Positions 9,096 through 17,401 of a stretch of 64,000 nucleotides of DNA are shown one piece after another. Under the pieces are notes generated by a model. The model had not been told where the DNA came from, did not search any database, and worked only from the letters and a program-made list of their open reading frames with translations. Positions within the stretch are counted from its first letter, which is position 1. Each line of letters begins with the position of its first letter. A program made the position numbers and the translations under genes. This DNA comes from an uncultured Bacillota bacterium (lineage in GTDB: Bacteria > Bacillota > Clostridia > Christensenellales > UBA1242), in contig CAOJXO010000003.1 of the NCBI GenBank assembly GCA_948465545.1, positions 18,936 through 82,935 of the forward strand, read 5' to 3'.

Positions 9096-10583
9096 TCATC
9101 TCACGCTCATTGTAATATTGAAATTTGAAATCTTCCCTTCGCTGTCACTTTCGATTGTTACACGAAGTTGTCTTCCACTGATTCCACTTTTAATAACCTG
9201 CTTTTTATCATCTGCTGATATGTTGTACTCACGCATATCTCGCTCGGTTTCTAAAATCACCTTGCACTCTACATTCGCCTTAATTGTAAAAGAGTCTACC
9301 TTCTTAATCTTATCACCATAGCCATAGTCACTAAAAGCACTTTGCCAAATTTTATGAGTCTGCTCACCAAAAATAGAACCATTATGTATAAGTTCGCCAA
9401 TGTGACCGATATTGTCATTATTAAAACAAAGGGCAATCTTGCTTTTATACTCGTTGTTAAGTGCAAGCAACTGGTGGACGTCTACACCGCGTAAAAACTC
9501 CACACTCTTCTTATTGATGTCGTAAATTAAAATTGCATTGTTTATATACCCTTTTTCACTTGACTCACACCCTATTTTGTTGTCATCTTTAAAATCGACC
9601 TTACAAGCAAGGTAATATTTACCTTCAAAACATATCGCATTGCAATTTGTTTTATCTATAATCCTATTAAAGCAATCAAGGTCTAATCGCTTCACAGTAT
9701 TTCCGTTAAAACTATAAAATCCTTCTGTTGTCAAAAAGTAAACATTTTCGCCGTCAGAAGCAATAGAACCTGGATAGATATAACTTGTTGATTGAAAGAT
9801 GTGACTGATGCTGAATTTACCAGATGTTGAATAGGTTGACAGCCTTGTAATACCAAAATCTCTAAATATGTAGAGATAATCGTTAAAAGAAATCACCTTT
9901 GAAAGGTTACCACGCTCATCACTAAAATCAAGATGTTCGGTAACCCTATCATTCCATTCAAGTAGGTTTTGATTATCAGAATAAACAAGGCTTCGCCTTG
10001 CTGTGGCAGTAAGTGCATACATACGCTCATCATGGGTACAACAAGAACTCAATTTTGGTGCGTCAGGAAGATATTTATTATATCCACTTCCGTAAACATA
10101 AACGTCCCCATCAGATGCAGAGAACACCATGTAATCACTGCCATTAATTCGGCAACTCATACCAATAGGTGTTGATGTATAGTTGGACTCTAATATAAGT
10201 GGAACAGGACGCGACCAAAACAAATTGTCAAAAACAATCTGTGACTTATCGTTGAAGTAGAAAATGTAGTAGTTTAATATATTCCCCGCACGGTCAAGCC
10301 AAGAAAAACTCCACATGCTTCGCACTTCGTCGCCCTGCACCTCAATCAGACTTTCGTCATCAAGATTTGTTGTAGACATAGGCATCTGCAAATCACGCAC
10401 ACCATATCCTGTTGACAAACTGTTTCCGTCAAAAGAAAAATTATAAGATGTTACTGCAATATTATAGTCTATCTCTTCATCGTTTGAGTGAGAGTTCTGA
10501 CACTTTTCAAAAAGGTTAAATTTAAAAGTTTTAGTTTCTTTATCAGTGGCTACAATTTTGTTTTCATAAAACATTATAACCAC
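9096..10583 (-). CDS. phage structural protein, beta-rich/propeller-like (tail hub or nozzle candidate)
   Basis: 495 aa with repeated aromatic beta-strand motifs (DGDVYVYGSG, ERMYALTA, NDYLYIFRDFGITRL, GENVYFLTTEGFYSFNG, GKYYLACKV, NAILIYDINK). It sits downstream of the connector-like gene. Confidence 0.45.
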   Translation of the reverse strand: MVIMFYENKIVATDKETKTFKFNLFEKCQNSHSNDEEIDYNIAVTSYNFSFDGNSLSTGYGVRDLQMPMSTTNLDDESLIEVQGDEVRSMWSFSWLDRAGNILNYYIFYFNDKSQIVFDNLFWSRPVPLILESNYTSTPIGMSCRINGSDYMVFSASDGDVYVYGSGYNKYLPDAPKLSSCCTHDERMYALTATARRSLVYSDNQNLLEWNDRVTEHLDFSDERGNLSKVISFNDYLYIFRDFGITRLSTYSTSGKFSISHIFQSTSYIYPGSIASDGENVYFLTTEGFYSFNGNTVKRLDLDCFNRIIDKTNCNAICFEGKYYLACKVDFKDDNKIGCESSEKGYINNAILIYDINKKSVEFLRGVDVHQLLALNNEYKSKIALCFNNDNIGHIGELIHNGSIFGEQTHKIWQSAFSDYGYGDKIKKVDSFTIKANVECKVILETERDMREYNISADDKKQVIKSGISGRQLRVTIESDSEGKISNFNITMSVR

Positions 10584-11143
10584 CTCCTCCTAGAAAGTAT
10601 TGTTTTTGTCTTTTTGCGGAGTACAATCTTTAAACTATCTTTAAATCTATTTTCATAGATATATGCTTCATCAGTAAGCCCTTGCCTTAAATAGTACTCT
10701 CTTGCAACGCCATACGCACAAATTCGCTCTGAAAGATTAATTTCAATATCACCATCAATAGTTGCTTTGTTTGGTTTGTAAGAATATCGCACCCTAGCCT
10801 CATTTGCAAAAACCAAAATGTAGGTTGGAAATACTTTAAATTTCACCTCCCTACCCTTCAAATCGCAGATAGAAATAACTTCCTGCAACGGTTTTGACAA
10901 AGCAGATATATTAAGTTTAAAGTTTTGGATTTTAAACTCCTCTTCATGGATAAGAGGTTTATATTCACAGGCAATCTCATCTTGAACAAAGTTTAAACAG
11001 TCAAGATAAATATCCAGTTTTTTTCTCTCTTTCGCACTAAGGATTTCATCTAAAGTGGAAAGGTTTGCCTCGGTAAGTTTTTCGGCTATTTCATCATTTT
11101 CGCTAAACTGGCAAGCGATCCTGATTATTTCGTATCCTTTCAT
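10574..11143 (-). CDS. phage head-tail connector/adaptor-like protein
   Basis: 189 aa, positioned after the MCP. The C-terminal pattern ERICAYGVAREYYLRQGLTDEAYIYENRF resembles gp6-like connector proteins (from memory). Both ends overlap neighbouring ORFs. Confidence 0.4.
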   Translation of the reverse strand: MKGYEIIRIACQFSENDEIAEKLTEANLSTLDEILSAKERKKLDIYLDCLNFVQDEIACEYKPLIHEEEFKIQNFKLNISALSKPLQEVISICDLKGREVKFKVFPTYILVFANEARVRYSYKPNKATIDGDIEINLSERICAYGVAREYYLRQGLTDEAYIYENRFKDSLKIVLRKKTKTILSRRRWL

Positions 11144-11454
11144 GCGACTACCTCCATAATTTTTTCGGTGGCGGACTTAACAAGTGACCTTTGTAGTTTT
11201 TCGTTTGCTTCATCCATTTCCCTGATACACTCGGCTTGACGCTCTGCCCTAGTGCGACGTGCATAGCCTAGTGTGCGATCATCAAGTGCATCAAACCTTA
11301 CTGTAAAGCAATAACTATCTCCTATTTGCTCGGAAGAATGCACCTCATATTGTCCGCTCTTTTTGTTTAAAAGCACAAAGTATGATTTATCAATCTCTTT
11401 CAGCCTTTGACAAATAAACAAGGGATCATGTTCGATTAAAATATATTTTTTCAT
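11140..11454 (-). CDS. phage hypothetical protein (104 aa)
   Basis: Start set at an internal ATG (MKKYILIEHDP) preceded by a TAGGAGG RBS. The longer track ORF (to 11601) would overlap the capsid gene. Confidence 0.45.
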   Translation of the reverse strand: MKKYILIEHDPLFICQRLKEIDKSYFVLLNKKSGQYEVHSSEQIGDSYCFTVRFDALDDRTLGYARRTRAERQAECIREMDEANEKLQRSLVKSATEKIMEVVA

Positions 11455-11497
11455 GATTAACCTCCTAAAAAGGCAAAAGATTGAAATCTTTTGCCTT

Positions 11498-12703
11498 TTA
11501 AACGTTTTCAGGAATGTAAGTTTTGTAAGGATCTTCAACAGTAAATTTAATGTTAGAGATTTTGCCTTGTCCGAAAGGTTTGTCACACATAAGTTCTGCA
11601 TATTTCACAAGCGTTGCAGAATATGTTGGATAGCCAGGTTTTTGTCTAATCACCTTTCCACCTTCCCCTTCAATCCAGTTCCAGTCAGCAAGTTGATGTA
11701 TTGTGAAGTCATCAGTGTTAAGTAAATACATAGAGTGTTCCTCAATAAATCTATCAGCATATACAGGAATACCGTTGTGAGAGATCGTCTTAATTCCATT
11801 GCCAATGTCAACAATATCAACATTCTTACGGTAGATGTTAAGATATTGTTGATATGCCCTACGAGCAGCCCTTGAAGTTGCAATAAAGTTTACCTGAGAG
11901 TCTGCGTTTTCTTCCAAGAAGTCGATTGCACTTTGGATACGGATATCAGAGATTTCTCCTTCCTCAGAATCCACATAAGCATTAAGCCAGTTGTAATCTT
12001 TCTTGTTAAGTCCATATAACTTGTCGCCAGTAAAGAGTGCCTCAATACCAGTAAGTTCCCTGCCCTTAGAACCTTGAACATACATTTGTCTGTTTGCAGC
12101 AACAAAGTCAGAACCCCAACGTTGATCGTATTTAAACTTGTTATTTACTCTGTCAAGAGAAGTAATTTTAATTGCTGTTTCGCATGCTTTTACATCATTG
12201 TTGTAAAGGTCAACAAGCATACCTTCCATTAAGTTTCTAACGGTATCACAAACAAAGTTGCCATTTACCGTATCAACTGTTGTGATTTTTGCAAGAAGTC
12301 CAGTACCTGTGCCATAAAGCATTCTGTTAAGATTGAAAGTGCAAGATTTTACAAGGTTTTCCATTTCATTTGAAAGTAAGTTTACGAATGCACCTGCATT
12401 GCTTGCAGAAGCCCTTACAGCCTTATCAGATATTTCAAAAACACCATAAAGGTTTTTAAGTGTTGAGCGAAGTTGAACAAAATCACTTGCAGAAGATTCA
12501 GGAAGTGACTCAGTTTCGCTACCAGCGCCAAAACCGCCATTTATACCATAAGGTGCGGCTTTAACAATTTCTTTGCCGAAAATATTGCTTGAAGATTGTT
12601 TAATCTTTGCAAAAAGAGGGCTGGTTGCAACGTTAAGTTGATTTGCAATCACACCAAGATAAACCTCTTTTAAAGCGTTTTCAGCGGTTTGTAATGTAAC
12701 CAT
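11498..12703 (-). CDS. phage major capsid protein (HK97-fold type, no delta domain)
   Basis: 401 aa located directly after a scaffold gene. The N-terminus MVTLQTAENALKEVYLGVIANQLNVATSPLFAKIK and the overall pattern are typical of Firmicutes phage MCPs. Confidence 0.75.
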   Translation of the reverse strand: MVTLQTAENALKEVYLGVIANQLNVATSPLFAKIKQSSSNIFGKEIVKAAPYGINGGFGAGSETESLPESSASDFVQLRSTLKNLYGVFEISDKAVRASASNAGAFVNLLSNEMENLVKSCTFNLNRMLYGTGTGLLAKITTVDTVNGNFVCDTVRNLMEGMLVDLYNNDVKACETAIKITSLDRVNNKFKYDQRWGSDFVAANRQMYVQGSKGRELTGIEALFTGDKLYGLNKKDYNWLNAYVDSEEGEISDIRIQSAIDFLEENADSQVNFIATSRAARRAYQQYLNIYRKNVDIVDIGNGIKTISHNGIPVYADRFIEEHSMYLLNTDDFTIHQLADWNWIEGEGGKVIRQKPGYPTYSATLVKYAELMCDKPFGQGKISNIKFTVEDPYKTYIPENV

Positions 12704-12723
12704 AATTTTCTCCTTTTTTGTTT

Positions 12724-13371
12724 TTAACTAAATAATTTTTCCACCCTAGCCTTTGCTTCTTTTAAAGAAGTAGGAGTGTCAGGCACTGTGCTTGACACTC
12801 TTTCCCCTTTTTGAGAAGAAATGATAATAGGTGAATTTTGCCCTTTAAGAGCATCGAGATAGTTTTCAACTACCTTTTGTTTAATCTCGTCACTTGATAA
12901 AATGTAACGATTTATTATAGGGTCACTAGCCTTTTGCCCTGAAACATGGCTAAGCACAACCTTAGCCCATGCCAAATCAAATGGGCTTGCAACCTTTTGC
13001 AGTGATGGGTCTGACTCAACCAGATCTTTAATCTCATCAGCATACACTGCTGCTTCACCATTTTTAGAAAGGAACTGGGAAAACTGTTCGTCCAGATTTT
13101 GTTCTAACACAGTTTCTTCGGTTTTATCTTTTTCAAGTTGGCTTAGCTTTTGACATTTCTTTGTAAATTCGGCTTGCAAGTTTGTGTATGCTTCCAGCAG
13201 TGCAGAAGCAGACTTAAACTTACCAAACTCACCTTCATCGGGTCTTTCAACTTGTCGATATTCAATGTCGTTATTTTGAGAGCCAGCCTCACTTACAGCA
13301 CTATCCCCCTCTGTTTCAATCGAAACATTTGCCAGTTCCTCTGCTGGTTGTTCTCTAAGTTCGTTATCCAT
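12724..13371 (-). CDS. phage scaffolding protein
   Basis: 215 aa, acidic and helical. The motif GKFKSASALLEAYTNLQAEFTKK resembles those recurring in phage scaffold proteins. It lies between portal and MCP. Confidence 0.65.
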   Translation of the reverse strand: MDNELREQPAEELANVSIETEGDSAVSEAGSQNNDIEYRQVERPDEGEFGKFKSASALLEAYTNLQAEFTKKCQKLSQLEKDKTEETVLEQNLDEQFSQFLSKNGEAAVYADEIKDLVESDPSLQKVASPFDLAWAKVVLSHVSGQKASDPIINRYILSSDEIKQKVVENYLDALKGQNSPIIISSQKGERVSSTVPDTPTSLKEAKARVEKLFS

Positions 13372-13372
13372 A

Positions 13373-15226
13373 TTAATTCTCCTTTTTATATTCGTTCTTA
13401 TGCGTCTTTATATGCTCTAAGAATATTGTTTCAAGTTTAGGATTTTTCACCTTCGCGTTCTCAAAATCCATACCAAGCATAAAAGAAATGTGCTCGTTGA
13501 TATGAAGTTCATGATTATCAATCTCACTCACTTTCACATTCACCCCATCAAGCATTTTAAGATTTTCATTGCCTGCACGCTTGATATGTAGGTCACTTAT
13601 ATCTTGTGAGTTTTCCCAAGTGCCAAGTCCAAGCATTTCAAGAATTTTACTTTTCATACTGGTTGTAAGTTTACCTTCTTCATCTGACAGAACCCCCGCA
13701 TTAAGAAGATTAAATATCATTTCTCTGCGTTGAATTAAAGAATCACCAAGGTCTGACTGAACATCAACAACAACATCATCACTTGAAATGTCGTTTGATG
13801 AAAAGTAGAACATATCAATTTGACCATTCTCACCAATAATTCTGGCAAGTCTAGGGAAAAGAGCATACTGCTTATACAGCCTTAAAATTCGTTTTGCAAT
13901 ATTTAATGATGCTGTTTTTATACTCTCCGATGTAGTATTAAGCCTTGTTTCATCTTGCCCTATCATAAGTTCAAGGGCTGTACCACTCATGTTTGCGTTC
14001 ACATAATCAGTGCCAAGTGTTTCACTTACACCGCTGATTTTGTTAAATTCATTAAGAAGTTTTTCTTCTTCATCAGCAAATCCAGACGGAATAGCCTCCC
14101 CAGAAAGATATTTTGGCTCACTTGCCCCCTGCCTATATACCAGCACCTTACCGGGACAAAGTCCATCTTCTTCCAAATTTTCAAGGTCAACCGAGCCATC
14201 TTCAACACTAAGCACACCAAGTGTAAGGCGATTGATAAACTCATGCTTACGGTTTTTCACTGCATTGTATGCCCTTTGCACGGGTATCAATCTTTCAATT
14301 ACACTACTTCCCCAGAAACTGCCTGGCTCTGACAAACTTACCTGTCTAATGAAAGGAAAATCACGTTTGCCGTCGCTTCCACATTTATATGGAAGTTCGC
14401 CATCATAAACAAGATTGTCCCCAGCAACAATAATAAGTCTGCCGTTTGGGTACTCACTATTTGGACGAATGTATTTTTCAAGGACTAAAACACTGTCATG
14501 TTTTGTTGATTCAATAAGTTTTGTTGCTGTGGCATTATATCCAAGCCCACCTATTCCGCTTACTACATTATCAAGGCTATAACAGTTGATATTTTGCCCC
14601 TCAACATCTATACCATAGATACTTTTAACTTCACCTGCAGAATATGCCCTTGCATGAATAATACTTTCACAATCTTCAAGGCTTTCTCTGGTTGCAGAGT
14701 CAGGGAAGATTTCAAATGGACTAACCACCGTCACTTCCACTTCGCCACTTCTAATCTCACCGCCATCTTCATCTTCAGCGATAAGTTGTCCCTTTTGGCT
14801 ATCCCAGCAAACCTTATAGAATGATGTTCCACACACCTCACTCCACTTGATTGCCTGATTAATCTTGTCATCTATGCCAAGTTTATAGTAAACAGAATCA
14901 ATAATCTTTTTAGATACCTTTGCGGTTTGTTTGTCACGCTCATCCCCAGTTGCAGGAAGAACAGAAAACTTAGGTTTCGTTTTTGACAACTTGGCTGTTC
15001 TTATATCAAATATAGGTGCAACATGATTGAATATTTCACGCTCCTGCCAGAAGTATTGCTTGTCCGCCTCTTCTAAGAGTCCGCCATATCCTATGTTGCA
15101 ATATTGATTTCCCATAAGGAAATTCATATTCACCTGCCAAGATGTTTCAAAAGGCTTTTTAGCCTGTTGCCTTTGTTTAAAATCTTCAATAACTTCTTCT
15201 ACTATTGTTTTCGCTTTACTTTTCAT
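13373..15226 (-). CDS. phage portal protein
   Basis: 617 aa. The N-terminal pattern SWQVNMNFLMGNQY...NHVAPIFDIRTAKL...VLPATGDERDKQTA is characteristic of portal proteins. It sits upstream of the scaffold and MCP genes. Confidence 0.75.
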   Translation of the reverse strand: MKSKAKTIVEEVIEDFKQRQQAKKPFETSWQVNMNFLMGNQYCNIGYGGLLEEADKQYFWQEREIFNHVAPIFDIRTAKLSKTKPKFSVLPATGDERDKQTAKVSKKIIDSVYYKLGIDDKINQAIKWSEVCGTSFYKVCWDSQKGQLIAEDEDGGEIRSGEVEVTVVSPFEIFPDSATRESLEDCESIIHARAYSAGEVKSIYGIDVEGQNINCYSLDNVVSGIGGLGYNATATKLIESTKHDSVLVLEKYIRPNSEYPNGRLIIVAGDNLVYDGELPYKCGSDGKRDFPFIRQVSLSEPGSFWGSSVIERLIPVQRAYNAVKNRKHEFINRLTLGVLSVEDGSVDLENLEEDGLCPGKVLVYRQGASEPKYLSGEAIPSGFADEEEKLLNEFNKISGVSETLGTDYVNANMSGTALELMIGQDETRLNTTSESIKTASLNIAKRILRLYKQYALFPRLARIIGENGQIDMFYFSSNDISSDDVVVDVQSDLGDSLIQRREMIFNLLNAGVLSDEEGKLTTSMKSKILEMLGLGTWENSQDISDLHIKRAGNENLKMLDGVNVKVSEIDNHELHINEHISFMLGMDFENAKVKNPKLETIFLEHIKTHKNEYKKEN

Positions 15227-15440
15227 TTTTCTTCAACCTCTTATTTAATTTAAACGGACTTTCCACCGCTTTTGGCACTCTTATCTTTGCCACACAATCA
15301 TAAATTTCATCTAAACATTCTCGGCACAAACAAATGTCATGGCGAAGTAATCCACGTTTCACAATGGAATAATCCGCAACATTTTTGCAACCTGAAAAGT
15401 CACATTTCACTTTGTGCTTGCACTCATAAATTTCCACCAT
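15216..15440 (-). CDS. small Cys-rich (zinc-ribbon-like) protein
   Basis: 74 aa with clustered cysteines (C7, C13, C18, then CLCRECLDEIYDC). It overlaps both neighbouring ORFs. Confidence 0.45.
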   Translation of the reverse strand: MVEIYECKHKVKCDFSGCKNVADYSIVKRGLLRHDICLCRECLDEIYDCVAKIRVPKAVESPFKLNKRLKKNEK

Positions 15441-15714
15441 CTTCCTCCTTTATAAGTTTTAATAGTCGCGACCGCTCTTTAAGTAATTCTTCATCACTCA
15501 TATTGCGAATCTCATCAGCCATGTCAGAAGAGTATCTTTCCAACAAGACCCTCATGGCACTAATATCAGGGCTTACATGTTTTTTTGTGACCTTCTTTTT
15601 TGCAAGCCTTTGCCCACCATCTTCATCAAGCACATATTCCTCAACAACCTCGTTAGTACGGTAGCCAAGTGCCTTTTTTAATAGAGCCTTTCTAATCTTC
15701 TCCTCCTCTTCCAC
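15424..15714 (-). CDS. terminase small-subunit-like protein
   Basis: Start reassigned to the GTG at 15714, preceded by AGGAGG plus a 5-nt spacer. ALGYRTNEVVEEYVLDEDGGQRLAKKKVTKKHVSPDISAMRVLLERY resembles the common small-terminase motif ALGY..EE......K.tkKh.pPd..a....LkNR (from memory). Confidence 0.45.
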   Translation of the reverse strand: MEEEEKIRKALLKKALGYRTNEVVEEYVLDEDGGQRLAKKKVTKKHVSPDISAMRVLLERYSSDMADEIRNMSDEELLKERSRLLKLIKEEDGGNL

Positions 15715-15741
15715 ATATGCCTCCTGCGACTTTATAGCCAC

Positions 15742-15771
15742 ATTATATTAGCCTGTTAGCAGAATATTCAA
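15742..15771 (-). promoter_or_regulatory. sigma-A-type promoter for the phage-derived cluster
   Basis: Minus strand reads TTGAAT-N18-TATAAT just upstream of the RBS and GTG of the first gene. Confidence 0.5.
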
Positions 15772-15852
15772 TAAACACTGCCAAAAAAAATGACAAACTC
15801 TATCACACTTTTGAAATTAAAATATAGAATGGTATTGTAGAGGTAAACAAAG

Positions 15853-16635
15853 TTGGATAAATTTCTTGAATTTAAAAATGTAACCTATTTTTATCAGACA
15901 AAGACAAGTGAAATACATGCTCTTGATAAACTGACCTTTGCGGTGGATGAATTTCAATTTGCTTCCTTAGTTGGGCCGAGCGGTTGCGGAAAAACAACCG
16001 TACTGTCACTTACGGCAGGACTGCTTGAAGCAAGCGAAGGCGAGATACTGCTTGACCAAAAGCCTATCACAAAAAACGACCCTCGTATCGGCTACATGTT
16101 CCAACGCGACCATTTATTTGAATGGCGAAGCATTTGGCAAAACATAACCCTAGGTCTTGAATTACAACATAAAAATAAGGATCAACAAAAACTTTCACTA
16201 GCAGAAAATCTGCTTAAAAAATACGACCTCTACGGCTTCAAAAACAAAAAACCTCACGAGCTTTCTGGTGGTATGAGGCAACGTGTTGCCCTTATCAGAA
16301 CCCTAGTGCTAGAACCTGCCCTTCTACTTTTAGACGAGCCATTTTCAGCCCTAGATTTCCAAACAAGGCTTAAGGTGTGTGACGATGTGTACGACATTAT
16401 AAAATCCGAAAAAAAGACCGCCCTTCTTGTCACACATGACATATCAGAGGCAATCTCTATGTCGGACAGAATAATAATTCTGACAAAACGTCCAGCACAT
16501 ACCCGCACTATTATTGACCTTAACCTTGAAGGAAACACACCACTTGAAAAACGTGAGGCAAATGATTTTGGCAAGCATTTTGAAATGATATGGAGAAATC
16601 TTTCAAGTGAAGAAACAATTATCAAAAGCCCATGA
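15853..16635 (+). CDS. ABC transporter ATP-binding protein (NitT/TauT-like)
   Basis: Walker A GPSGCGKTT, signature LSGGMRQRVAL and Walker B LLLLDEPFSALD. TTG start. Confidence 0.85.
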   Translation: MDKFLEFKNVTYFYQTKTSEIHALDKLTFAVDEFQFASLVGPSGCGKTTVLSLTAGLLEASEGEILLDQKPITKNDPRIGYMFQRDHLFEWRSIWQNITLGLELQHKNKDQQKLSLAENLLKKYDLYGFKNKKPHELSGGMRQRVALIRTLVLEPALLLLDEPFSALDFQTRLKVCDDVYDIIKSEKKTALLVTHDISEAISMSDRIIILTKRPAHTRTIIDLNLEGNTPLEKREANDFGKHFEMIWRNLSSEETIIKSP

Positions 16636-17401
16636 AAAATACTTAAAAAGGCTTAAAAAAGACAAAATTATCGTTATTTTTTGGCAAATAGCACTTTTCG
16701 TATGTTTTCTAGGCATATGGCAACTTCTAGCGGATACTGGCGTTATCGACCCTTTCTTCTTTTCAAGTCCATCGCGAATAGCCGTCACCATTGTTGACCT
16801 GTTTGCAAATGGCAACCTGCTACTGCATATCTGGACATCATTATATGAAACCATTCTCGGCTTTATCATAGCCGTACTACTTGGCCTTATCATTGCAGTT
16901 ATGCTGTGGTGGAGCGAAAAACTAAGAAAAATCCTCGAGCCCTATCTTATCATCTTAAACAGTTTGCCAAAAATCGCACTCGGACCTATGATTATTTTCT
17001 GGGTAGGCTCGGGCACAAGTGCAACTGTTGTAATGAGTGTGCTTATCTGTATAGTTATAACAATCATCTCCATGCTTAATGCGTTCATTTCTTGCGATAA
17101 GGATAAAATACTTCTCATGAAATCAATGCGTGCAAACAAGTTTCAAATTCTGTTTAAACTTGTTCTGCCAAACGCCCTACCAGAGTTCGTGTCGGTACTC
17201 AAAATTAATGTCGGCATGGCATGGGTAGGCACAGTAATGGGCGAATATTTGTCAAGCAAGGCAGGCCTTGGCTACCTAATAAATTATGGAAGCCAAATGC
17301 TGAAACTTGATATAGTTATGACAAGTATAACCCTACTTTGTGTGCTTGCGGGCGGAATGTATGGACTTGTAAGTCTGCTTGAAAAAAGACAGCAAAAATA
17401 A
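16607..17401 (+). CDS. ABC transporter permease (SsuC/TauC-like)
   Basis: 264 aa with about 6 TM segments. GTG start overlapping the ATPase gene by 29 nt. No substrate-binding protein gene is adjacent. Confidence 0.75.
   Translation: MKKQLSKAHEKYLKRLKKDKIIVIFWQIALFVCFLGIWQLLADTGVIDPFFFSSPSRIAVTIVDLFANGNLLLHIWTSLYETILGFIIAVLLGLIIAVMLWWSEKLRKILEPYLIILNSLPKIALGPMIIFWVGSGTSATVVMSVLICIVITIISMLNAFISCDKDKILLMKSMRANKFQILFKLVLPNALPEFVSVLKINVGMAWVGTVMGEYLSSKAGLGYLINYGSQMLKLDIVMTSITLLCVLAGGMYGLVSLLEKRQQK

Larger units (their letters stand above)
8486..15771 (-). mobile_element. phage-derived head/packaging/holin gene cluster (incomplete; no terL, tail fibre, lysin, integrase or replication genes)
   Basis: Ten co-oriented ORFs that abut or overlap (MCP-104-aa gap 43 nt; 495-aa-22-aa ORF gap 65 nt), with phage-type products listed individually below. 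The cluster sits between the lipoprotein gene and an ABC transporter. Confidence 0.65.

Noticed and set aside
11455-11601. N-terminal extension of the 153-aa phage ORF
   Set aside because: The extension overlaps the 3' end of the major capsid gene and lacks an RBS. The internal ATG has a TAGGAGG RBS.
8486-15852. Attachment-site direct repeats or an integrase at the borders of the phage-derived cluster
   Set aside because: By eye I found no direct repeat of about 12 nt or more shared between 8452-8490 and 15742-15852, and no recombinase ORF. A computational repeat search is needed before absence can be claimed.
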